In this document: positions 29,488 through 42,100 of the stretch, piece by piece
Position numbering within the stretch: position 1 is the stretch's first letter
Layout: each line of letters starts with the position of its first letter
Source of the DNA: Pseudonocardiaceae bacterium
GTDB taxonomy: Bacteria; Actinomycetota; Actinomycetes; Mycobacteriales; Pseudonocardiaceae
Direction: 5' to 3'
Assembly: GCA_050700115.1 (NCBI GenBank)
Contig: JBOHGG010000015.1
Span: 33,725 to 97,724 of the forward strand
DNA length: 64,000 nucleotides
Notes under the pieces: model-generated
Database searches by the model: none
Seen by the model: only the letters and a program-made list of their open reading frames with translations
Told to the model about the DNA's origin: nothing
Made by a program: the position numbers and the translations under genes

Positions 29488-30816
29488 TCACGCATTACTT
29501 GCGCCGTGGTATCGCTCGGTGGTGCTGTGCCACTCGCGGTTGCCGCCGAGCCAGGCCCATATGTCGGCCAGGAAACGACGCAGCGCAAGCGACCCCAGGT
29601 GGCTGAGGACGGCCGCCTCTTCGACGAAGGTGTGCATCAGCTCGTTATGGATCTGCACGGTGCGCTTGATCGCTTCCTGTGGAGAGCACTTCTCTTCGGC
29701 GGCGATCACCTTGGGCAGGTCGAAGTCTGTGTCAGATTCCTTGGACATCGAGTACAGATCGTTCAGAATCACGCTCGCACTACCGGCCAAGCAAAACACA
29801 CGGCGCACCCGCCGATCGGCGAACTCGAAGGAGGGAAGCTCGTAGCCGGCGATCGGATCGACCAACACCATGGGCGGCAAGAAACTGTTTTCATGCCGAT
29901 GCGTCAGATACTCCCAGACCGGCGGGGTTCGCCCGGTGGCACGCCAGTTCGCCTCATGGTTGTAGGCCATGAACATGACCGACAGCTCGTGGCGGAGCCG
30001 GGCTACCTGCGTCGCGGTGGCGTACTGGGCAAGGTGTTCGAAAGCCGAGCGGTACGCGACCGCGACCGGCTCCTCCGAAAGAGCCTGGTCGAGCTGGGGC
30101 GCGTAGCTGACCGGAAGATCAACCGGATCCACTGCCGCGAAGGCAATCCCTAGGCGCGAGCCGATCAGCTTCGCATCGGCACCCAGGGACTCCTCGTCGA
30201 GGAAGTGGTCGTCGGTAGCCCACTCCGCCAGGACGCACTTCGATGCCGCCAGCAGCCGGTCAGGGTCATCCGTGGCCGGATGGGTGAGCATCATCAGACG
30301 TCCGAAATTGGCCGCCCGCACGCGGTCGAGCTGTCCGGGGTAGATCCCGACCTGCCCGGCCCAGTCGACCAGGCGGTCGTTGACTGCCTCGCCAAGGGCT
30401 TTGTCGTCACGGACGGCCGGAGGGCAGTACAGCTCTGAATCTGACTCACCGCCGGCGGGCCCCTCGACCGAAACCCGCGCGGTAGAGGGTCCTGATCCGG
30501 TGGGGTCGTCGGGTATGCGGGGTTGCGCGCCACGGCCAGTGGCTGCAACCGTCTCGCCAGCGGGGGTGCCCTGCCACGGGATCCGGGCCGCCGACGTACC
30601 GAGCCCCGTGGGGCCGGTGACGAGCCGGCCTACCACCGACGCAGCTGGCTCGTTTTCGTCCTCGGGCAGCTGATCTCCGCCCTCGGGCAGCTGATCTCCG
30701 TCGGTTCCGGGAAGGTCCCTCGGGGCAGCGCGTTCTGGGTTGGAAAGCAGGGCGGCCACCACGCCCGCCAGGTCATGGGTGGCCGCAGGCGCGGACACAC
30801 GGGACAGCACAGACAC
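29488..30816 (-). CDS. 2-methylisoborneol synthase-family terpene cyclase with a disordered N-terminal extension
   Basis: DDHFLDE Asp-rich motif and NDLYSMSKE NSE motif. About 115-aa Pro/Gly/Asp-rich N-terminus. Next to GPPMT. Confidence 0.8.
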   Translation of the reverse strand: MSVLSRVSAPAATHDLAGVVAALLSNPERAAPRDLPGTDGDQLPEGGDQLPEDENEPAASVVGRLVTGPTGLGTSAARIPWQGTPAGETVAATGRGAQPRIPDDPTGSGPSTARVSVEGPAGGESDSELYCPPAVRDDKALGEAVNDRLVDWAGQVGIYPGQLDRVRAANFGRLMMLTHPATDDPDRLLAASKCVLAEWATDDHFLDEESLGADAKLIGSRLGIAFAAVDPVDLPVSYAPQLDQALSEEPVAVAYRSAFEHLAQYATATQVARLRHELSVMFMAYNHEANWRATGRTPPVWEYLTHRHENSFLPPMVLVDPIAGYELPSFEFADRRVRRVFCLAGSASVILNDLYSMSKESDTDFDLPKVIAAEEKCSPQEAIKRTVQIHNELMHTFVEEAAVLSHLGSLALRRFLADIWAWLGGNREWHSTTERYHGASNA

Positions 30817-30854
30817 CGGTCACCACCAATCACTCAAGTACCGATAAGTCGACT

Positions 30855-33128
<2,274 letters not shown>

Positions 33129-34553
33129 TTACCGCCCGATTTCGATGTTTTCGAGGACGCCGAGTGCGTCGGGGACCATGACGGCTGCGGAGTAGTAGGC
33201 GCTGACCAGGTAGGAAGTGATCGCCTTTTCGTCGATACCCATGAAGCGGACATTCAGCCCGGGTTGAACTTCATCGGGGAGGCCGGTCTGGTGCAGGCCG
33301 ATCACGCCTTGCTTCTCCAAACCGGTACGGAGCAGCAAAATTGAACTGGTGCGGGTCTTGCTGATGGGGATCTTGCTGCAGGGCAGGACGGGTATGCCGC
33401 GCCAGGCGGGCATCATGTGGCCGTGGATGTCGACGCTCTGCGGGTAGATGCCCCGGCTGTTACATTCCCGACCGAACGCGGCGATGGTGCGGGGATGGGC
33501 CAGGAAAACGTCCGGATCTTTCCACACGGTGGCCAGAAGTTCGTCGAGGTCATCAGGGGTGGGGGGTCCAGTGCGGGTGCTGATGCGCTGGGAGAAGTCG
33601 GCGTTGTGCAGCAGCCCGAAGTCACGGTTGTTCATCAGTTCGTTTTCTTGGCGTTCCCGCAGCGCCTCGATGGTCAGCCGAAGCTGCTCTTCGACCTGGT
33701 TCATCGGATTGTTGTACAGATCGGCCACCCGCGTGTGCACCCGCAACACGGTCTGCGCCACGCTGAGCTCATACTCCCGGGGCTTGATCTCGTAGTCGAC
33801 GTAGGTCCCTGCCACGTCCGACTCCTGCGCCAGGCCCGCGCTCAGGTCGATGTCGGCCTCGCCGTTTTCGGTCTGCGACTGTTTGAGCAAGGCCTGGAAC
33901 CGCTCAACCTGGGCCCGCAACTCCGGGTGCTGGCCAACGACTTCCTCGAAGGCCTGCTGGGACAACGCGAGCACCGTACACGGAGTTGCCGCTCGCACGC
34001 TGTAGGCCCACGTGTCGTTGGACTCCACCAACTCCCACACACCGAAATAATCACCATCGGACAAGGTACCCAATACCGTCGGATCACCGAACTCTCCAGG
34101 GCCGATCTTGTTGACCTTCCCATGGGCGATCAAAAACACCTGATCAGCCGGCTGACCTTCCTGCACGATCGTGTTGCCGGCCTCGAACTCCCGCTGCGTG
34201 AACCTGTCTGCCAACGCACCCAGTATCTGCATATCCTCAAGACCGCGCAGCACCGCCAATTCACGCAACTCCGCGGGAACGACCCGCACCTCGGCGCCCT
34301 CCGTGGTGAACGTGACCCGCCCGTCACCCACCGCATAAGTCAACCGGCGGTTCACCCGGAAAGCCCCGCCGGCGGCCTCCACCCACGGCAATACCCGCAA
34401 CAGCCACCGCGACGTGATTCCCTGCATCTGCGGCACGGACTTGGTCGTCGTCGCCAAATTACGGGCCGCCGCCGTAGCCAAACTCAGCTGCTGCCGCTCA
34501 CTATCAACATCCACACCCGGCTGTCCCGGCTCAGTCACCGCGTACACCACCAA
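33129..34553 (-). CDS. cNMP-binding EshA-like protein (Family 2B encapsulin shell candidate), copy 2
   Basis: Colinear with 27087..28517, about three quarters identical by eye. Same [14 protein letters not shown] and [12 protein letters not shown] motifs. The start codon (TTG/GTG cluster at 34538-34553) is uncertain. Confidence 0.7.
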   Translation of the reverse strand: MVVYAVTEPGQPGVDVDSERQQLSLATAAARNLATTTKSVPQMQGITSRWLLRVLPWVEAAGGAFRVNRRLTYAVGDGRVTFTTEGAEVRVVPAELRELAVLRGLEDMQILGALADRFTQREFEAGNTIVQEGQPADQVFLIAHGKVNKIGPGEFGDPTVLGTLSDGDYFGVWELVESNDTWAYSVRAATPCTVLALSQQAFEEVVGQHPELRAQVERFQALLKQSQTENGEADIDLSAGLAQESDVAGTYVDYEIKPREYELSVAQTVLRVHTRVADLYNNPMNQVEEQLRLTIEALRERQENELMNNRDFGLLHNADFSQRISTRTGPPTPDDLDELLATVWKDPDVFLAHPRTIAAFGRECNSRGIYPQSVDIHGHMMPAWRGIPVLPCSKIPISKTRTSSILLLRTGLEKQGVIGLHQTGLPDEVQPGLNVRFMGIDEKAITSYLVSAYYSAAVMVPDALGVLENIEIGR

Positions 34554-34629
34554 TCTCGGTCCGTATCAACGGAGAAGGAATTACCCCCACGGTCGCAACA
34601 CATGTTAGGGATCACGGCCTGGTGAGCCA

Positions 34630-34680
34630 TCCGTAGAAACTACGGACTTCGCCCGGTCCGTAGTTTCTACGGACCGGGCG
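34630..34680. promoter_or_regulatory. Paired palindromes TCCGTAG-N3-CTACGGA (x2) with alternative hairpins, upstream of the terpene operon
   Basis: 34630-34646 TCCGTAGAAACTACGGA. 34657-34673 TCCGTAGTTTCTACGGA, which extends to a 14+3+14 palindrome at 34650-34680. The two copies also pair with each other (17 bp). Confidence 0.6.
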
Positions 34681-36247
34681 TGAATCCGAACTCGGCGGCG
34701 CGGTGCACAAGCTGTTGTTTGGAGTCGACCCCCAGTTTGGGGTAACTGCGGGCGAGGTGGGTTTCCACGGTGCGCACGCCGATGTGGAGCCGGGTGGCGA
34801 TCTGCGGGGCGGTGTAGCCGCCGGCGGCCAGCTCGACGATCTGCCGCTCCCGTCTGGTCAGTTCGCCCGGGCCGTGGGTGGCCGCAGTGGTGCACTGTTC
34901 CTCCGACCCGGGCGGGATGGGCGGTGTGCGGGCCTGCTCGCGGCGCAGGACGGCTTCGCACGCGTCGAAACGACCCTGCTGGCCGGCCGTGGGCGCCAAC
35001 GCCTCGAGTGCGTCGCTTGCCTCGCGGTCCCCTGCCTGCGCCGCGCGGACGAAGTGCGACGCCGCAGCCTCCGTCCGCCCAGACCTGAGCATCGTCGCAG
35101 CCACCCGCCGGTGCATCACGCGCCGCCTGGCACCACCGATATCTGTGTAGAGCACCTCCCGGGTGAGCGGATGGGCGACTTGATAGCCCAAGAACCCGTC
35201 GTGCTGGTGCTCGATGACCATCCCAGAACGCACGAGCCGCTCCAGGGCAAGCGCGATGTCGTCGATCGGCTGCTCGGTGATCCGGGAGAGGTCGCCGGGA
35301 TCGATCAGCTCTCCGACGACGGCGAGCACCTCGACCAGCGCCAGGGCTGGCGGGTCGAGCCGCGCGACCTCGGTGCGGACCCAGCGGGCCAGTTTCTCCG
35401 GTACCCCGTCCAATGCAGGTGCCTGGAGATCTGCGCCGTTATCGACCAGTGCCTCCTGCAGCCCGACGGCGCACCGCGGGTTGCCCTGCGCCCGGGCTGT
35501 CAGCCAGTCCACGAGCGCTGACGGCACCCGGTCTCGTCCCACGATCTCCGCGGCCAGCTCCCGGACATCCTCCCGAGAAAACGGGGCTAGCTGAATCCGG
35601 CATACCATCGCTTCCTGCTCCAAGGCATGCAGCACCTCGACGGCCATCCGGTGCCTGGCCAGCTCCGCCGGCCGGGCGGTGGCGAGTACGAACAGCTGGC
35701 TGGCCGGAAAGTCCCACGCCAGCCGCAGCAGCATCTCCCACATCGCATCATGGCCCTGGTGGACGTCGTCGAGGACCACGATGATGGGCCGGTCAGCGCT
35801 CGCCTTAGCGAGTAGAGCCGGAATCCACTCGACGAGGTGGTAGCGAAGGGCGGCAGCGCACGCGGACGCGTCGTGCCCGATCTCGGTGTGGCGCCCGAGC
35901 GCCGGAAGGCCACCGAGGCCGCTCCCGCAGGCGCGACAGACCCCCTCAGGGTCCAGATCACCCGGCTGCAGGCCGAGAGCGTCTGCCCATGGGCCGAACA
36001 GCGGCATACCTCCCAGGGGGGAGCTGTGCGCGATCAGCCCGACGGCCGGCTCATCGTCGCGGGGCAGCAGTTCGGCCGCCAGCCGTGTCTTGCCCAGCCC
36101 TGCATCGCCGAGAACCAAGGCCACTCGCAGCTCACCCAGCGCGCTGCGGTGCCGCTCGGCCTGCAGCGCACAGAGCTCCCGCACGCGTCCCGGAACAAGG
36201 CGCCGGGTGCTTCCGGCGCAGCACAGTGAGCCGGTAGCGCTGGCCAT
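34667..36247 (-). CDS. AAA ATPase + LuxR-family transcriptional regulator
   Basis: Walker A GDAGLGKTRLAAELL. C-terminal LTRRERQIVELAAGGYTAPQIATRLHIGVRTVETHL. Confidence 0.8.
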   Translation of the reverse strand: MASATGSLCCAGSTRRLVPGRVRELCALQAERHRSALGELRVALVLGDAGLGKTRLAAELLPRDDEPAVGLIAHSSPLGGMPLFGPWADALGLQPGDLDPEGVCRACGSGLGGLPALGRHTEIGHDASACAAALRYHLVEWIPALLAKASADRPIIVVLDDVHQGHDAMWEMLLRLAWDFPASQLFVLATARPAELARHRMAVEVLHALEQEAMVCRIQLAPFSREDVRELAAEIVGRDRVPSALVDWLTARAQGNPRCAVGLQEALVDNGADLQAPALDGVPEKLARWVRTEVARLDPPALALVEVLAVVGELIDPGDLSRITEQPIDDIALALERLVRSGMVIEHQHDGFLGYQVAHPLTREVLYTDIGGARRRVMHRRVAATMLRSGRTEAAASHFVRAAQAGDREASDALEALAPTAGQQGRFDACEAVLRREQARTPPIPPGSEEQCTTAATHGPGELTRRERQIVELAAGGYTAPQIATRLHIGVRTVETHLARSYPKLGVDSKQQLVHRAAEFGFTPGP

Positions 36248-36788
36248 CGTCAGGCCACAACAGCCGCATCAGGATTGGGCGCTGACGCCAATGTTGACAA
36301 GCTCTTATACCTGTGTCGCCACCTTCCCGGCAGTGTTCTTAGTGCCTGTGGTGGTGCTAACACCAGGCTGGCCGTGGACACTATACCCCCAAGCTCAGAC
36401 GATATCATCCGCTCGCAGTGCTAGGGGTGCTAGGGGAAATAACTCCCGATCCTAGACAGGGCGCTTCTGACACGTCAGTAGCGTGCCTTTGTTCGGTTTT
36501 TCCTACCGGATCGCGCATTCGGGGTGGGTTATCTAAGCATTGGGTCCCGGCAAACGCGCCACTACTCTCGGCACACACCTCGCTGGGTGCCCACCGCGTC
36601 CATTCACACATCGCTGACCGGTGTCGCGGACGGTTTACGCGGGTACCATCACAAAAGATACCGACCGGTTGGCTCGCGGGCAAGGCCTCTCACCCCAACG
36701 CCACGCCAGTGCGTAACCGGGCGGGTGCTCTGGCTTGGCGCCATGTCCGGTGGCGTAGCAGTCTGAGCCGTCGACAGGAGGGGGATAG

Positions 36789-37505
36789 GTGGTTACGCCG
36801 CGACGGGAGCCGGTCGTCGCAATGGTGGTGGCCGAGCCGCTCCAGAGCCGGGCACGGGCTACCCGACGGACGCTGCTGGTTGCGGCCGCGACTCAGTTCG
36901 CCGAGGTGGGCTACCACGGCACGGCGCTGAGTGAGGTGCTCGCTGCCAGCAAGGTCACCAAGGGCGCGCTGTACTTCCATTTCGCCTCGAAGCAGGCTCT
37001 CGCCGACGCGGTGGTGGCCGCGATGGTGGAGCACTGGAAGGTGATGGTTGCCGAGGTCAACGCCCGCGGTTTGGACCCACTATGGACCCTGCTCGCGCAG
37101 ACCGACGAGGTCGTCGCCCGCATGATCACCGATCCCATCGCCCGCGGCGGCATCCAGCTGCTGACCGACCGCGGACTGGCCTGCGCCGGCGCTGGCGAGC
37201 ACTACGCCTACGGAGAAGCGTCGGCGGTCGAGCAACTCACCGCCGCCGCCGCCGCGGGACTGCTTCGACCCGGCCTCGACCCGACCCGGATCGCCCGCTT
37301 GGTTGTGACGATGATGACCGGTGCCAACCTGATCTATGAATTCCCCCGTGACCAGCTGTGGGAGGCGGTCACTGACCTGTGGCAAGGGCTGCTGCCGGCC
37401 ATCGCCACGGATTCCTGGCTCGAGCGCTGGCAGGCTGCCGACTGGCCCCGGCGGCCGATACCCGCGGTCACCGGGCTCCCCGACGCCCCCCGCCGACGCG
37501 AGTGA
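36789..37505 (+). CDS. TetR-family transcriptional regulator
   Basis: GTG after aggaggggg. TRRTLLVAAATQFAEVGYHGTALSEVLAASKVTKGALYFHF. Confidence 0.85.
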   Translation: MVTPRREPVVAMVVAEPLQSRARATRRTLLVAAATQFAEVGYHGTALSEVLAASKVTKGALYFHFASKQALADAVVAAMVEHWKVMVAEVNARGLDPLWTLLAQTDEVVARMITDPIARGGIQLLTDRGLACAGAGEHYAYGEASAVEQLTAAAAAGLLRPGLDPTRIARLVVTMMTGANLIYEFPRDQLWEAVTDLWQGLLPAIATDSWLERWQAADWPRRPIPAVTGLPDAPRRRE

Positions 37506-37570
37506 ACTCACTGGGCTACGCCCCATCCCAACCCACGCAGGTCCCCCGGCTGGCGTGCCCGGGGCACTGT

Positions 37571-37632
37571 CCGTGAACTCGATGCCAGCGACATTTCAGT
37601 CCTGCCAGACGTCGCTCTGGTCGAGTTCACGG
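37571..37632. repeat. Hairpin repeat, copy 3 (CCGTGAACTCGA ... TCGAGTTCACGG)
   Basis: Shares arms and the inner AGCGACATTTCAGT..GTCGCT with copy 1. Contains the last 12 codons and the stop of the oxygenase gene. Confidence 0.85.
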
Positions 37633-39107
37633 GGTGCGGCACCGACAGACGCGTCCGACGGTGACCAATTGCCGTGGAAGCCGTGCGGGACACGGTCGGG
37701 GAGGTGAATCGCGGCGATGGTGTCTAGGGTGGCGGCGTCGAGCAGGGTGAGGTCGCTGCGGTTCGTGGCGGCGTCGTACACGAAGCCCATGAGCACGCCG
37801 TCGTCTTCGGTCGCTTCGAAGCTGTTCGGGATGAACACGAACTCGCCGGGCTGGCTGTGTTGGCCGAGCCGTCGCACCGTGGTGTGTCCCAGGTGCAGGT
37901 CATGCTTGAGCACCGCGTCGACGGCGATGGCTCCGGTGCCGGGCGCAGCGTGCATGGCATAGCCATAGCGGTGCGGTCGGCCCAGGAGCCGTTCGTCGAT
38001 ACGCGGGAACTCCTGGGGGTGGTCGTCGAGCCGGGTCTCGCGAACCGTCCCGGCGGTGAGATCGACGATCCAGCGATCGAGGGTGGTGGCGCTCTCGTGG
38101 CCGCTGCGCTCATCGAGGACACTGTCGAACATCGTGGGGTGCCGGACGACGTCGAGAACGATCGTGTCGGCCTCGTCGTAGGCGTTGAGCGGGTGGAAGA
38201 CATAGCAGGGCTCGACGTCGAACCACCGGATATCGCTATCGCCGCCCTTGCGCGGCAGGACGCCGATGCGAGCCGGATAGGCGGGGTCCCAGGAGTAGGG
38301 CATATTCGCGTTCCCGCGGACCCCTTTCCCGAACATGGCCGTGATCGGATCGGGCACTCGGACGCGGCCGATGAGCGCGGAGAGCACCAGCCGTGCCGGT
38401 GCTCGCAATGCGCGCGGGACGACGATGCCGGCGCCGTGCACCGGATCGAACGTGACCGGCAGGTCGTAGAACACCACGTGGTTTTGGGTGAGCGAGAAGT
38501 CGTGCATCATCGGGCTACCCGTGACGGTGACATCAACGGTATGTCGAGCGCGCCCGTCGACCCCGATAATCGAGTACTGCACGGTGTTGCCGCGGCCGAA
38601 GAAATAGGAAACCGCGTGCAGGTCTCCGGTGCCGGGGTCGCGTTTGGGATGGCCGGTGTAGCCGCCGGGCAGGGAGCCATCGAAGTCGCAGGGTCCGACT
38701 GTGTCCAGTTCGTCGGTGAGCTCGTAGCTGGCGATCCCGCCTTCGACCAGCGCCAGGGTGCGACCAGCGTGGCAGACCACGTTGGTGTTCGCGGCGAACA
38801 CCTCCAGCCCGGCGCGATGGCGGCGACGATCGGTCGGCTCGCCGAGCGACCTGGCGATGGCCGGGGTGCGAATCCAGCGGTTGCGGTACCACTCGGCCTT
38901 GCCGTCTCGCAGGCGCACCCCGTGCACCATGCCGTCACCCATGAACCAGTGGTAGGTCTCCGGGTCGATCTCGGCGACCGGGTTGGGGCCGTTCCGCAGG
39001 TACCTCCCGTCGAGATGCTCCGGGATGGTGCCCGTCACCGCCAGTTCGGTGATCGTGTGTTCCTGACGCACCGGAGCGTAGTTACCGTCCAGGTAGTCGT
39101 TGCTCAC
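37596..39107 (-). CDS. Carotenoid/stilbene cleavage dioxygenase (RPE65/CCO family)
   Basis: NYAPVRQEHTITELAVTGTIPEHLDGRYLRNGPNP. Conserved His-containing blocks (HWFMGDGMVHG, TGHPKRDP, MHDFSLT, FHPLNAY). GTG start 8 nt after the emb stop. Confidence 0.85.
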   Translation of the reverse strand: MSNDYLDGNYAPVRQEHTITELAVTGTIPEHLDGRYLRNGPNPVAEIDPETYHWFMGDGMVHGVRLRDGKAEWYRNRWIRTPAIARSLGEPTDRRRHRAGLEVFAANTNVVCHAGRTLALVEGGIASYELTDELDTVGPCDFDGSLPGGYTGHPKRDPGTGDLHAVSYFFGRGNTVQYSIIGVDGRARHTVDVTVTGSPMMHDFSLTQNHVVFYDLPVTFDPVHGAGIVVPRALRAPARLVLSALIGRVRVPDPITAMFGKGVRGNANMPYSWDPAYPARIGVLPRKGGDSDIRWFDVEPCYVFHPLNAYDEADTIVLDVVRHPTMFDSVLDERSGHESATTLDRWIVDLTAGTVRETRLDDHPQEFPRIDERLLGRPHRYGYAMHAAPGTGAIAVDAVLKHDLHLGHTTVRRLGQHSQPGEFVFIPNSFEATEDDGVLMGFVYDAATNRSDLTLLDAATLDTIAAIHLPDRVPHGFHGNWSPSDASVGAAPRELDQSDVWQD

Positions 39108-39115
39108 TGCTGTGA

Positions 39116-42100
39116 TCAGCCCACCCGCGGGCGCAAACCGCCGCCGAGCCCAGGGCCTTGCCCCGGCTGATCACCCGGCGTGACCTCTGAGCCCGTTGCC
39201 GCGAGATCCCCGTGATAGCCCTCATCGGCCAGCGTGGCAAGCCGCGTCCACCCGGAGCGCCGCAGCGTCTCGACGCGCAGGTCGACCAGCCCGACGGGGT
39301 GGTCGTAGACCACCCGCTCGACTCGGCCCCAGGGCAGGGTGGGTGGGCCGGCGGGTATCAGCCGGCTGGGCACCCGCACTGTTGTCGCGGAACGATCCGC
39401 CGGCACCTGGGTACCGCCCCGGAAGGCCTCGAACATCAAGTCGAGGAAGTGCCGGGGGAACCCCTCGTCGCCCAGCACCAGCACCTCCGGCATCCGCGCG
39501 ATCCCGTGCTCGACTCCGACCTGGTCGACGCAGGGCAGCAAGGTGGCGGTGACCTGGTCGACATAGACCGGCGCTGCCGTGGTCAGGGTCGCCAGCGGAC
39601 GCCACTGCGCCAGCCGTGGTTGGCCTACCGCAAGCCAGCTGTCGGCGCCGGGCACCAGGTCGAGAATCACCAGCCGCACACTCGACGGCCGTGGCTGGCC
39701 CGAACGGGGTGGGATGGACAGCCGGCTCAGGGCGACGACCGTTTGCTGCCACTGCATCTTCGGCACGGTCGGGTCCACCGGCAGCCCGACGGTGCCGGCC
39801 ACGGCAGGGTCTGGCCCGGCGGTGGTGGCGTACTGCAGGGTCAGCCACTGGTCTGTCCGGGTGCCGAGCAGCGGGATCAGCAAGTCGGTGCCCCCATTCG
39901 CGGGCCTGATATCGGGCAGCGCGAACCAGGGTGTCACGAGCAGCCCTATCTCTGGGCCGCCTTGGGCGGCGCTGTGCCAGACCTGCGTGTCCGGAGCCGG
40001 TGCCGGCACCGGTGCGGGTTCGTCAGCGGCCGCGGCGAACGCTCCGTCCGTGATCGCCGGACCGGCGGGCACCGGCTGCGCCTCGGTATCGACGAGGACC
40101 TGAACGTGTCTGGCGAGCTCGCACGGCTCGCCCGCCACGGCGCGGGCCGCGGACAGCGCTACCGACCATCCGGGATATTGCCGCAACGGCGCCCACACGA
40201 AGACGACGATGGTCATGACCACCATCGTGATCGAACCGGCCAGCAATACTGCCTGGTCGGGGGTCAGCGCGGTTTCCCGACCGCGGCGATGCCGCCACCA
40301 CACCCAGCCGGCCGCGGCAAGCGCGACCGCGGCCCAGAGCATGGGGTTGGCCAGCTGCACGGGGCCCAGCTTGGGTCGCAGGCTCCCGAGGTCGGCCCAA
40401 TCCAGGGCCGCGTTGAGGTGGTTACCGAAGGGCTGGCCGCGGTCGGAATAGGGCCGCCACAGGTTCGGTCCGGCGAAGCTCAGTGACACCGCGCCTACCA
40501 TCACGGCCGTCGCTGCGATGGCACCGACGCCGCGGCGTAGGGCGGGCCCCAGCATCGGTCCCAGCAGAGCTGCGGCCAGTAACACGGTGGGCGCGGCCGC
40601 CACCGCGCCGAAGTGGTTGACCCATTTGGTCGGCGTCGGCGCGAGGAGCGCCAGGGCGATCGCCGAGCAGATCGCACTGCTCAACAACAACCGGAGTACC
40701 GGGTCGTCTCCGCGGGAAAGAGTGCGTCGGCGGGTCATCACGATGCCCAGGGCGACGACCACGAGGACCGCGATGGTGAGCACGACGGGCGCCCGACGCG
40801 CCCACTGGCTGGAGTCCTGCAGGTGCAGCACGGTCCGGTAATGAACGAACTCCTCGTACCAGGAGTAGGTCCGGTAGTACCACTGATGCACTGCGGTGGA
40901 CTCCAGGAAGTCGCCCAACGTGGCGTCGGCGAATCCCACCGGCACCAGGCTGGTGCCCGCGGCGACGAGCACCAGGACCGCGGCCACCCGTGCCACCCGC
41001 GGTTGCGCGCGTAGCCAGTCCCACAGCCAGGGCAGTGCCAGCACCAGCGGAGCCGCGGCCACCAGCCCAGAAGGGGAGACCGACACCGCCAGCGCGGCGG
41101 TCGTGGTAGCCGCGGCAAGCCGGCCGACCGAGCGGCGCTGCCGGGCCAACTCGGCCAGTAACAGCGTCGCGGCGGCGAACAGCACGATCAGCGGTTCCGG
41201 ACGCAGTGTCATCCCGTAGGGCAGCCACCACAGCAGGTACGCCACCAGCAGTGCCCACACCGCCCGGCTGCTACCAAGCTCGCGGCCGAAGCCCGCGACC
41301 AGCAGCAGGCGCAGCAGCACCCAGGTGAGCAGCCCGTAGACCAGCGGCACCACCCGCATCCACGCCAGGTCCCACCCTCCGACCGCCCCCCACACCTGCA
41401 GCACGTACTGGCTGGCCACGAAGGGGTTCTCGGTGACGTTGAACATGTAGATGGCGTTGCCGATCGAGCCGGAGGTGTTGGCACCTCGGGCCATCAGCAG
41501 ATACCACGGGTCGTCGAAGTTCGTCGGCGCAAGCAGCACCCACACCGCCGAGACCGCCACCAGCACCAGGTCAGCCGCCCGGAGTCTTGTTCGCCGCCGT
41601 AACGGCGGCTGGATGGGCGCGGCTTGTCCGCTCCACCACCGCCAGGCCAGCACGAGCAACACCAGCAGGGCGGCACCGTGGGTCACCAGCAGGCCGATCT
41701 TCAGCGCGGTCGGCCTGGACTCGTAGCGGGCATCGGTGTGCAGCGACACCGCCAGACCCTCGGCCGCCGGGTGGCCGTCGAGGTCGGTGGCCAGCTCGCC
41801 GACCTGGGGCACCGGCAGCGGGGCGGCGGCTCGCTGTTGCCCGTCGCGCAGCACCCGCACCCAGCCGGCGTCGGCCACGATGCGATAGGTGCACCCGGGC
41901 CCGGGCAGTACCTCCCGCAGCAGCGTGGCACCAGAGGCCGTGATCGCCACGATGCCGCGGTGCGCTCCGATGACCAGGCCCTGATCGATCCAGCTCTGCG
42001 CGTCCGCCAGATCCATCGGGCCGGACAGCACGACGGGGGTCGGCAGGGTGCGCAGCGCGTCGCCGCCCTCGGCCCGCTGGTCCAGCGCAGCCAGCGCGGC

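Noticed and set aside
28690-30153. 487-aa plus-strand ORF.
   Set aside because: It is antisense to the GPP methyltransferase and 2-MIB-type cyclase, both of which have diagnostic motifs on the minus strand.
36248-36788. Riboswitch or small RNA in the 540-bp LuxR/TetR divergent spacer (contains the CTAGGGG x2 direct repeat).
   Set aside because: I could not recognise any known riboswitch core or a convincing stable fold by eye. It is most simply a divergent promoter region.
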